A model generated the notes under the pieces. The model was given only the letters and a program-made list of their open reading frames with translations, ran no database searches and was not told the DNA's origin. Positions 22,447 to 34,334 of a DNA stretch of 64,000 nucleotides are shown here, piece by piece. Position 1 is the stretch's first letter, and the number at the start of each line of letters is the position of its first letter. This DNA is from Tubiluchus corallicola (taxonomy: Eukaryota > Animalia > Priapulida). Where the stretch lies: the NCBI GenBank assembly GCA_030141605.1, contig JAQGDQ010002387.1:186001-250000 (forward strand), read 5' to 3'. The translations under genes were made by a program, and so were the position numbers.

Positions 22447-25400
22447 CTGAGCGCTATAAATTTTCACTAAATTTGAGGTCTTGTATTTATTATATTTAAA
22501 TATACGACGTTTCGGCTACATTCTGCAACCTTTTTCAAATGATTATTAAAAATGATCAAATTGCGCCCAATATTCTATTGTGCGTCTGTCCTATTTAGTA
22601 TAGAAAATCTCTCAAATGGACACTATTATGCCTTCTGTACGCTGGTCGTCCCAGCACTTTCATTGTATATAAATTTTGTTTTTACAAAGTGCAAATGAGT
22701 AAACTAAAGCTAAACTAATTAAGTAAATAACAACTGTATAACGACATATTTAAATCTTAAAACATTGCGAGTGACAAAATATCTGCAATTTAGATTTTTT
22801 GGCGAGAACAACAGATTTTTTGCAATGCACTTTTGAACTTGAAAAGGTGTGGATCTTAAAACATTCCAAGCGACAAAATAGATCAGAACTGCATTGTATT
22901 ATTGAGCTACGATGTACTATTTATAGTCGTGAGTCAACAATCAACCGCCTCCCCGGGGCCTCTTGGTTTTTACCTACGTAGAATTTCTGATGCATCACCC
23001 CCCACCATCACTCCGCACTGTGAATTAATTCCGCAAATAAGCTGCATTATTGCATTGTGTTGACGATCTAATGAAATTTACATAAATTTCAATGTACGGT
23101 TTCACTTCTATTCACTGGGATAATTACTTTCGTGCGACGAATATTGCGTATTAACCAGGCGGCCATGTTTTTATATTTTTACAGTCCAGCAATAATCGGA
23201 CACTGTACTTATTTTTGACGATTGGCGTGACCAGAATCTAGTTAAATATTATAGACACTTCTCTGAACCAGCACAGATCCTTTTAGCCGTATTTGGAAGT
23301 ATCATGTGCACGTTTTCCCAATAAGGTAACAGTTGGTGCAGTATGGCAGACGAAACCGTCTAGAGGCAATTTTCCTGTTGGACGCCCATCCATTTACTAA
23401 TTAGGCCCAACATTGGTTAACTTTATACTAATGTCACAAATTTGACTCCACTGTTAGTATACTCACCCTCACCTTCCCACGCGTTTACATTTCTGATTAT
23501 TAACATTTACCATTCGCAAAAATCCCATGGTATTTGGTGAATTTTATGTTGCTTGCATACTTTATTTACTTTTTAGCTAAACGTTGTTTTTACAACAACT
23601 AATAGACGCGCTTCTATTAGCATGCAATGTCTAAACCACAGCAAACTCAATTATATGTTAAATATAAAAGGCTTAAAAGCTGTGGTAGCTATATGCTTTT
23701 TTACTTAAATTTGAATTTAGTCTAACATTAAAACATCAGTGAAATTATTTTTCACTAGTTCTAAAAAATTATTGTAAGCTATTTTAAAAAGTTTGACGCA
23801 TTTTCTGAAAAAGATTCTTATTGTAAATGTTTCAAGACGTGCTAATTTGCAAATTATTACAGCAGGAAATGTGCACCTGATCATATGAAACAACCTTGAT
23901 TGATCAACTGTTACTGTCAATCAATGCGCGAGCTTTTATCAGGACTGCTATAATAATGCAAAACATTCTTTAAATAAAATTTATATCATAATTATACTCT
24001 TGGCAAAAAACAATTAGACAGAGAGCACATAGTGTGTAGTTGGCAAATTAAAGTAACTAAGACTCGGAAAACGAGTAAAATCATATAAAATAGTGACGCA
24101 AACAACAGGTACAAATTGTAAATCTGTAGTGACTGTATACAATTAATAATTAGCAGTTATATTAATAGCGTTGGTGCTGCAGATTTTATCATTTTTAATC
24201 TGTGATAATTTAGGCCGATCTTCCAATATGAGTTCCAATTAGAATGAGTTTATTTTGCATTTTTATACAGGTCTCTATAAGCTAAATAGAGTAAAATAGA
24301 ATAATATAGCACTATTTTATCTTTATGCAAAAATAAGTGAGATAAAATAATATTGATACTGAGGTTTTCGTTTAGATTTTAAAACATACATACGTACTAT
24401 ATGTTCTATCTATTCATTTAAGGTGGCGAAATTAAAATCAACTTTGAGATTGAGAGACTTCTAATGCCAACTCCATGTTCGTTTAAACTGTCTTTTTGCA
24501 AAATTTTTATTGTTCTTGTGTCTTATTTCCCGATGCGCATCGTTTCCTTTTTTGTTGTCGGATTTCCTAAAAATTTGATAATACCGGTGTATTCCTATGT
24601 GGGAATGTTAGGCATTGTAAATCGCAAAGAATCGCAAAGCCATATTTTGGAGAAATGAATTGATTGGCGTGAAATAGATTCAAATGTTATAATCACAGAC
24701 ATGCGTTAAAATAAACAATAAGAAAAGTTGAAAAAAGTAAGTGCATCACAAAAATTGTTAGTATCCCTATGATTTTAAGAACCGTGATGTATATAGATGT
24801 ACACAGATATACAGATGATATATAACGCAGTAGCTACAAAATAGAAAAGCAATAATGATTGTAAAAAAACATTAAAAAGGGTTCTTTGGGAGCGTTTTAA
24901 GAACTCGTTACCAACTTCTAAGATCAAAGTTAAAGGTAAAAAGTGATCTTATTCTTCTCAAATCTAATAATGAAATCTGTCACTGTTACAGTTCAAAATA
25001 TTGTACTTTTGCAGGGGAGTTTTGTGAAGAATCTTTAATCGTGCGTGACCTTGCAGAAGTAGCGATTAATTGTAGATAGTGTCCACGCAGCGGCTGAGAC
25101 TTATGACCTTTTTCAATGACTTTTTTGTTTTCCATCATCTCTAGTGACTTAATAGCTGAATTCATTTTTGATGTGTGTTGCTTATAGCGTGTTGCAAGGG
25201 TTAAATAATTTCAGGGAAAAAGAAAGACGAATTCGAGTACAATAATAATTTAAACGTTAATAATTTACACTTATATCATGTTTATGATAGATGAAGAGAG
25301 GTTTTGTTGAAACTCTAGTAACGATCGTTAAAGTGCAATATCACTGTTTTACAGCTTGCTATAAAGTGTCGGTAGGAAATAATGGCTTGCTACAGGATCT

Positions 25401-25568
25401 GTTCTTGCCAGATTGAGTGCAGAGAGGGTGAAAGACAGTAAGAGAAATAAAATGCTAATAGAAAAAAGAGCAAAACGAGCGAAAAACGGGGGTAAAAAAA
25501 GAATAATAAAAATAGAAAAAAGAAGTAATGAAAAAGATGAGATGGTGCGCATCCTGAGAAAGAAAGAA

Positions 25569-25612
25569 AGAGAGAAAGCGAGAGAGAGAGAGAAAGCGAG
25601 AGAGAGAGAGAA

Positions 25613-25670
<58 letters not shown>
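25569..25670. repeat. (AG)n microsatellite, interrupted
   Basis: Direct reading. Confidence 0.95.
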
Positions 25671-25936
25671 CGCGTGTGTGTGGGAGAGACAGAGGGAAAA
25701 TAAGAGAGGAAGAGAAGCTTAAACGAACGAAAAAGTATGAATCGGAAGTGGTATCAATTTACTATGCATGAGTTCTGTTTCATATACGCCGTAGCAGCAA
25801 CGGTATGTCATGCATTTTTAACATCATATAGGTTGCTTTATATTACTATCTCCTATAGTAATTAATAATGTACGAAATAGACGGTCAGTCTTGATTCGAT
25901 CGTCAGCGTTGCAATTTAGGATAACAGAGAAACGCA

Positions 25937-26275
25937 ACAGCTTACCGGGCTTTCTACAGCTTACCTGACTTTGTACAGCTTACCCGGTTTTCACAGCTTA
26001 CTCAGCTTTCTACAGATTACCTGACTTTCTGAAGATTACCAGCCTTTCTGCAACTTACCTGGCTTTCTGCAACTTGCCTGGTTTTCTACAGCTTACCCAG
26101 CTGTCGGCCACTTAGATGGCTTTCTACAGTTTACCTGCTCTCTACAGCTTACCCGGCTTTCTGCAACTTACATGGCTTTCTACAGTTTACCTGGCTTTCT
26201 ACAGATTACCCGGTTTTCTGCAACTTACATGGCTTTCTACAGTTTACCTGCTTTCTACAGATTACCCGATTTTCT
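25937..26275. repeat. 19-bp minisatellite, ~17-18 degenerate units (consensus ACAGCTTACCTGGCTTTCT)
   Basis: Direct reading of recurring units. Confidence 0.9.
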
Positions 26276-27761
26276 TTATTGTACATAAAACGCTTCTGCC
26301 TAGTCGTAAATACATGCCACAGTCAATGAAATGTTTAGTGCACTCTATTGGAATAGAAATTTGAGGAAACACTGGTTACGTGGATTTCAACATTTTGATG
26401 ACAAGTTATTGCGTTGCCTTCAAGTTCAATTTTTAACTTATTTCACGTTTTTGCGTCTTTCTGCCCATAAGTGTGGGCCACTAGGTTCAACAAATTATGC
26501 GGTTAACAGTTCTAATTTACGTGTGCTTTATTTTTGTATACTACTTATACACAGAAAACGATATATCAGAGTCACAATTAACAAAATAATAAATTTCACG
26601 AGAAATGATGTTGCAACAAGCTAAAAGTTTAAAAAGCCCGCCCAGTCTTACGACACTATGGGAATCCATCTTAGCAGTTATAGCTGAAGTTACAGTATTG
26701 AGATACATAGTGGTACTAATGAGCTATCACCTTGCTCAAAGTCGTTGATTTCTGCATACCATGTAGCGTACCCGTATGCCAATGATTCTAACCCTGCAGG
26801 CCACGGCCTGTCAACCAGGACTTTTTCAATCTTAGCTTAATTTTATTCTGTGTAGGTTTGCAGTGTATGATGCGTTTTCTGATTTTGATTTTGAAGCACT
26901 GGCTAATGCACGACGTCAATGAGTGTGGTTTCATTGAATTCCCAAAATCCTTTAAGGTGAAATGCACAATAAGTTTAAAAAGAATAAAAAAGTAAGAAAG
27001 AATAATAAAAACTTTTATAAAGTCATATTAAAGGTAAAACAGCTCAACCTTGCAGGTATAAACATGTAAGTGTCCCTAAAGGGTAAATACGAACTGAAGC
27101 TTTCCTTATAAAGGTCACATTGTCATTCAGTGATTAATCAATTGACTTAGTCTACAAAGCCAGTGGTCATTTTTCAATCGAATTTACGATGTGTCACACG
27201 ACAGTTTATCTACAGTTCGCTTTCACATATTTTACATATTATCCTTTCTCAAACTACATGCTAATGATTTACATTCTATGTTTGAGTAATTACGGTATCA
27301 TGCATATTACATGGCTAGCGTTGTTGTGAGAGTATTTGCAGCGTGATGTGGTTTTTATTGACCGTGCTACTCTCTGTACCTTACGAGAGCTTGTGCAGCG
27401 ATATGTCATTGCGCCTGATCTGCATATTTATACAAGCCGAAGCTGAGTGCATGATATGTGTTTAGAATATAATATTGCATGAAATTATGCTCTCAGAGAG
27501 ATGGTAAACGTTGAAGTGGACATTTGCTATGATTTATAAGCTATGGGCAGAAAGTTGGACGAACGCCGTTTGCCATGCTATTAATTTCAAGAAGAAAGTT
27601 TTGTTTTCACATTTTAAAGAAATTCCAATTACGTTTAACTGCTGAAAGGCCGCAACGTATACATAATGTGACCAGTTAATTAAAATAAGTGATGAAAATT
27701 CTGCTATCTATTCATTCCAGGCATACAATATGATATTAATATAAACGAGTGTTTAGGCAAC

Positions 27762-27990
27762 AGGAATGGCAGAATGGTTACTATATGTGGTTGATGACCG
27801 AAGTTAAGCAACAATTGCCATAGTCAATAAATGGATGGGTTACCACCGGGAGCAATACTCATTTTAAGTGGTTAAGATTTCACCGCCGTCTTAGTGTCAT
27901 CTTGAGGTTAATCCCAATAATTACCTAGATACAGGTCCTGCCACAATGTTAATTAGGCTCTTTCATTGAGTGCTGAATCCCAGTGTGTAA
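27762..27990 (+). mobile_element. 5S rRNA-derived (SINE3-like) element, possibly with a tRNA-like 5' piece
   Basis: gatgaccgaagttaagcaac...tggatgggttaccacc (27793-27847) matches the invertebrate 5S internal control region GATCACCGAAGTTAAGCAAC...TGGATGGGTGACCGCC; lacks the 5S 5' and 3' ends; 3' boundary uncertain. Confidence 0.6.
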
Positions 27991-28799
27991 TGTCCTGAAC
28001 TTTCTGAAGAATCATCCTACATGTAACATATTTCTTACACAAAAATAACAAGTTTTCCATAGTTTCATTCCTAACGTCGCGTAGCTAATAAACAAGTTTA
28101 CAAATAATCAACCATTAACTTTCTCCACCAAATATTAAAAGGTGTATTTCCACACATATCTTAATCTAATTTAAAAAATATATAATAATTAAATTTTAAA
28201 GTTATTAAAGTTAATAAGTAAGTAAAGTTATAATAAGCGTATAGAGTAACATGCACACGCGCCCAAGCACGCACACGCTCATGCACACGCGGTTAATATG
28301 TCTTGGGGTTGTAGGATAACGAATAAATATTGGGCCAGAACCCGTTTTTTAAGTTCAGTTACAAAATGATTTGTCACATGGCTATGGCTATGGCCTTGAG
28401 CCATGACTATTTGGCTATAGAGTGACTAAGGAGGTGTGTCATGACCCATAGACATCGACCTCGGGACATATAGGCCTCACCTTGTTATTAGTTAATGAAA
28501 TTTTACATCTTTGTTGCAGTTCATCTTATTTTCAATAAACATAGCGCTTGTACAAGTCTATAATGTGTTTACTGCATTCTGATAATTACACGTAAATTAA
28601 TATTCCCTTAAACTCTAACTGAATTGTCGTCTGCTGAATTCTACGTACACAATCACATTGTGTGAAGATTGTGGGTTCAACTGTAGCAGCCTAATTCACT
28701 GGCTTCAGAGGAAGAGAAATTATAGTTGCAGCCAGCAAGTGTTATGCTAGTAATAATTAGCACAGCATCTGCCTACTAGTCTATAGTTTCATACCTTTG

Positions 28800-28830
28800 T
28801 GCGCATGCGCACACGTACCGGAATTATAAA
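28800..28830 (+). promoter_or_regulatory. Candidate Pol II promoter: NRF1 palindrome + ETS core + TATA
   Basis: TGCGCATGCGCA (28800-28811), ACCGGAAT (28817-28824), TATAAA (28825-28830); donor CAG|gtattt at 29246. Confidence 0.35.
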
Positions 28831-31800
28831 TGCTGCGTGAATTGGAAATGAACGCATTAGACCTGTATAACACCTGTAGAATAAAGGCACCAGAACGCCA
28901 TTAAATGGTGATACTTCATATAACGTAATTGTTTATACTGCGGTGGAAAGTAAATCTGATGTGTAGTATTGGGTATTAGTATCAACACAAGCGAAATTGG
29001 GTTGCCATGTAGAGCGTGACTGCGTTTATCGAATGCAGTAGCCTGGAAGTGGATTTCTTGGCTTCAATTTAAGTGTAGGCATAGGGAGGCCAGGATAAAC
29101 AAGATTTATGTGCTGAGGTTGAGAGGTTGACACCGGAACTGTGCAGTGTGAGACTCGCTGAGTCCGTTGCTGTTACCGTTACCTTGGTGATTCTGGTATA
29201 AGGGCGATTGGATGCTGCAGCCATGGTTACCCCAGCTGATTAGCAGGTATTTGCCCATTGTACGTAATGTTAGGTAGGCATGCTGTACGTATTCTCAATT
29301 AGCATAGTTATATCAGCCAAAAAATTTTATATAAAAACGCAATTAAAAATGGCTCAGTTGATATTTTGCTAGTGCAATTAAGTAACACATTGTGTTGTCT
29401 ACAAAGCGTTTTTACTGTACATTTACTTTACCTTCTCTTAAAAGGTTTACTTTTAAAGTTAGTTAACATGCAAGTACCGAATTTACTTGCATATTAGTAT
29501 AGTTGAATATACTTGTAGAATCTCAGTATTGTTTCTGAGATCAATGAGAAAGCCAGATCCTCGGAAAGAAAGAAGCCAGCCTGCAACCAAAAGGAACGCA
29601 CTGTCATTTCAATTATGAGTTCTTGGTGTATTTTCGGTTGTGTAATTTTAGCTCTGCTAACTGCATGGTTGAAGGTTCTGTTGCTCGCGTAATGGTTTTC
29701 CACAGACCACACAGGAATTTCACGGGAAAAATGTTTGTCCGCGGCAACCAGCTACTATACATAGCCGTGTAGTCGCTTTTAGCTATTTATTGTTTTATTC
29801 AACATTATAGCTTGCTAGAACTGACTTTTACGTTATTCACAGTATAAATTTTTGTAGCTTTATACTCAAATAAATTCAATTCAATTCAATTCTACAAAAC
29901 CAGTAACGAAATAGTAACAATTTTACACAGTTTTAGGTGAATATTATGCAAATAGAATATCTAAAAACTTTTATTACCTTGGTACTTGCCAGTAATATCT
30001 TTAAGCTGAATAGTAGGTTAGCTGAATAGAATGTAGAACTTTTCTGTATTTATGGTTTGGAGTGCGGAAATTTGAGCATGTAAATGTAAATGTGTGGAAA
30101 AAATGGAAATGTGGCTTAACAAAAACGTAAAGTTGGATGACCTTTTCAAATTCGATTCGCGTTTTTGCTATGTTCTTGTCTTGGGCTTGTACGTGTCGTA
30201 TAGCAGTATATCTCAGCTTAACTGTGAGAAACCGCACTTTGCCATATTTCTGCTGGTTTTATAGTAACAGAACACCACCATAAATAATTGAAAAAGCTCA
30301 CAGTCGGATGTTGATAGCAACTATACTGCGTTCATTCACGTGTGTGTGTTTAATTAGCCGATCAGCATCCCTAGAGAATCATATGAAGCCATAATGATAC
30401 TGCTTGAACTTCATTGTAACACCTAACAGTACTCTGTGTCTCTAGATGTTAGAGGATGCTGAATCTCAAGCGACTTATGGGCAGGTAATTGGTTCTAATC
30501 ATCTGGTCGTGTAGATTGTATCCTTGGCTGATTGTGTGTCGCTAAAATTGTCTGAAATAACTGGAAAGATGACAGCCAAGATGGCCGTAAATTGAATCAA
30601 ATTGCAAGATTAGGTGGGTTTCGCTGCGATGTAGAATGTTTGAAAGATGTGCTTGCATGTTAGAAGAGCAAGTTGTAAAAATCATTCACCAAACTACACT
30701 AAGTAGATAAGATGAGAATTTAGACACTAGGGAAGTTGCAAATATGAAAGACGTGGAAGAGATTTAAATAATAACTGGTCACAGTGTTTCTGCGTTTCTC
30801 AGAATCCTGATATCTCAGCTTTGTATATACTAATTTATGTCATTGCACCTTTGCATGTATGTGTAAGTTACTTAACTTGGTCAAAATGTATGCATATGCT
30901 GCATAACCCGTGTTCACAATAAGAAACGAATGATTATGATATTAAATATGTAATTAAAATTAATTACGCAATTAAAAATTTGAAAAAGGCGAAATGTGCT
31001 ATTGATACGTGATGTGTGATGTGTTTTAATGGTAATGATAAATTTCTCATTTCAGTTAAAAATGGTTTATCAGTACATAAAAGCAACTTATTTGTGAACT
31101 TTGTAACTAGATTTCGTGTTGAGCGGCTATTCAAAAACTAAATTTAATTTTTTTTATGTATTTCAGTAAACTCTATTATGGAAAGCCTTAGCGAGATGCT
31201 AATATGTAGTTAGATTCAACACACATCAGTAACCGATTTTATACCATACAGTAGCGCCATTAAGGCGTCAGTAAGCCTATTATAATTATTGAAGTTCATT
31301 TTTTATTAAATATTACCTATTTACCCACGCTCGCCTATAATTATATCGTAACTCAATATGTTAATCCATCATTTAGAATTAATCCAACCATTTATTTTCA
31401 ACCTCGTCTCATTTTATCCTTAACTTTCTATCTAGGCTCTACGTTTGTCACACATCCCAGCTTTCACTGTTGCTAAACCTTTCTGCGACTTAAATGCCAT
31501 TTATAATAAATGTACTACAATAATGTACACTTGTAATTTTCTTATTAGATATGAATCACATCCGATAAGTTTTGGTATAGGGATTTCTTCCTGTTGGGAA
31601 CATCAGTATAATTTATGTTTATGAAAGTATGTAATCTATCTACCATGGATAATCTTAAAACAAAAATACAGTCGAAACGAGTTGCCACCTTAAACTATAA
31701 GACTGGGAGAATGGAACCGAGTAAAACAAGAGGAACTTTTTAAACAATCAGAGAAGGTAATTACATTCCTAGTGCGATATTTCGACAATGATAGTTTGTC

Positions 31801-32461
31801 GTGAGTTGTGAAACATTTGTTAGCTTACTGAAATGATTCCGAGTCAACTGATGGGGATAATTGAAAATTATCACTTGTTGCCCGGCAACTTCAGCTTCAG
31901 CAGCGGCGCCGCGCAATTTTCATCGCCTTTAGTCATCAACTCTACACAATTTCACGACAACAGATGAATTGATTATTATAATTCTTTAAAATAAAACTTG
32001 TTTATAAAGTAATTTCTTAGCTTGAAACGAACGAATGTCAGAAATATTTTTAAGTATCCTTGGAGGCAAATTAGTTTAGATTAAGAATTTCATTTCACGT
32101 GAAGCGAAGTGAATATCTGCGTGATCACGACGTGTTCTTCGTGACGGAAGTTAAGAACAGGTGAAAAAATGCTCACGCAACCTCAAGCCGAGCAGTGATT
32201 GAGAACTACTTGCAGATATGTTCGACAGCAACAACAATAAGTGGTTTTTGGTACAACGTACCTCTTGCGGCAGCACTTCCTGAAGTTTGCCATTTTGGGG
32301 TTGATTTTATGCTTCCTGTGTAATTTGTTTAGTTCTTTTAATAACAGAGCCAGATTCTTAACGCATTCTACTAATTTCCTCATAAAACGTTAAAAAAGAG
32401 AATAACATTGGCGAAAAATGACGAAAAAAAAAATGATCAAGAAAAACAAACACCATCACTG

Positions 32462-32500
32462 CAACAACAACAACTACAACAACAACAACAACAACAACAA
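32462..32500. repeat. (CAA)n microsatellite
   Basis: Direct reading. Confidence 0.9.
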
Positions 32501-33008
32501 GTACGTCGATCAAAAAATATCATACTAATTAACATTGCAGGCCTACAGGCTTCTTCTTTAAGCTTAATTTTTTTCCAATAAACATTGATACTGCTGCTAC
32601 TGCAGTGATGTTTTTCCACGATGGGTCGAAAGTTTATACACAATAATTACAAACCCCGCGGTTTATTGACAGTAATCTGTTGTCCAACGAGTGATTGTTA
32701 ACCGTCTTTATCGTTCTGCATGGAAGATGCTCTCATGTCCAGCCGTTTCGAGAGGCGGTTGAATAACTTGAATACATGTGACAAAGAAATTTCTGCGAAT
32801 TTATGCTTAATGATGTAAAGTGATTTTATTACTGACACTTCTATATTAACTTGTGGTGTACCTTATAGGCGTTCTGAGCTTGTATGAAATTTTAGTTATC
32901 TGACCGATCCACTTATGATTGTTTTTGGCTCATAATGGCAACACGAGAAAAGTTTTCACAGTTTATATGACCTGCTATAATTAAGTAAACGCACAACAGA
33001 TGTAACAT

Positions 33009-33011
<3 letters not shown>

Positions 33012-33046
<35 letters not shown>

Positions 33047-33057
33047 GATTATTATTA

Positions 33058-33123
<66 letters not shown>
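33012..33123. repeat. (ATT)n microsatellite
   Basis: Direct reading. Confidence 0.95.
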
Positions 33124-33125
<2 letters not shown>

Positions 33126-33495
33126 AGAGGCACAATTACTATAATTGTTATTTTGTGATAATAATAATAATCACCATACTAATGCTCTCCCAACTGCATA
33201 GTGACGCCTTCAACTAGTATTTGTTTCAGTAACTGGTAACATTTTCATAACTTTAGATATCTTGCTTTTAACTTTGTTTTTTTAAATTTTATGCATAAAC
33301 ACAAAATAGACGCCAACCAATAAATTTCTTACACTTGCCGGCCAAAAACAGACACTGTTAATCAATAGCAAGTTAGTTTAAGATTTTGTTTTCTGGTGCT
33401 GTGTTTAAATTTTCACTTCTTAAGTGTAGTTAATTTGTTTAACTTCTTTGTGTAAAAACATATATTTGCAGGCCTAAATCAACATTTGGGTTAAT

Positions 33496-33690
33496 TGGCG
33501 TTTATGTAGCTTCCGGAATGCGCATGCGTTATGGGAGTGCGAAGTAGATGAAATCAGTTTATATTATTTTCAATGCACCCGTTCATATGACCTGCGTTAT
33601 GCGCTATTTTTTTCTGCAGTTATTTCTTATTAATTTTTTTATTCCGCAGGCGGAAACGCATAACGCGTTCCGGATGCTACATGAACACCA
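33496..33690. mobile_element. MITE with ~35-bp imperfect TIRs (Harbinger/Tourist-like), copy 1
   Basis: ggcgtttatgtagcttccggaatgcgcatgcgtt / aacgcataacgcgttccggatgctacatgaacacc; homologous copy at ~60983. Confidence 0.75.
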
Positions 33691-34205
33691 CTAGTCTGCT
33701 GTTTAGGAATTCTCACCCGTAACATATTATACGGGTTTACAGATCCCGTCCGGCAAAGAGATTGGGGAATCTACTCGTATGAATATTTCATGAGTCTTCA
33801 AATATTTCACGAGTGTTCACGGTAACTCCTGGAAAAGCGGGAAACAATATCAATTACTGTAGACTACTTTGATGGCATAAAAACATTTTGATATCGCGTT
33901 TGCTGCATCAAACAGATATAAAGTAGCACTTTATTGGCCAAAACAACGCGCAAGCAAACACATCGAGAGCCTTGTAGGTGATTTTAACTTCTGGAAATAT
34001 CAGTGTAACAAGTGCACAATACGCCAACAACTATTATTCTGATCATTTTTGCTACCGATAACTGCAGCCAAAAAAGAAGGTGCAGACATAGCACTACTAT
34101 CATTATTTAATTTCAGCTTAAGTTGTTTAACCAACGATATCATCCCCTCCTCCAGAATCTTTGCACTGATCACGCAGTTAACTATTAGTCGCTTAATTTA
34201 AATAC

Positions 34206-34334
34206 TAGTGGTAGTGGTAGTAGTGTTGGTAGTGGCAGCGGTAGCGGTAGCGATAGTGTGCAGCAGCAGCAGTGGCAGTGGCAGCAGAAGCGGCAGCAGC
34301 AGTAGCAGTAGCAATAGCAGTACCAGTAATAGTA
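34206..34334. repeat. (AGT/AGC/GGC)n degenerate trinucleotide repeat
   Basis: Direct reading. Confidence 0.85.

Noticed and set aside
25349-25703. RE-repeat and hydrophobic ORFs
   Set aside because: Products of the (AG)n tract and purine-rich flank
25937-26275. Possible CRISPR-like array
   Set aside because: Head-to-tail repeats with no unique spacers, eukaryotic context and no cas genes
27793-27858. Functional 5S rRNA gene
   Set aside because: Only the internal segment is present and it is diverged; terminal stem and 5' end are absent
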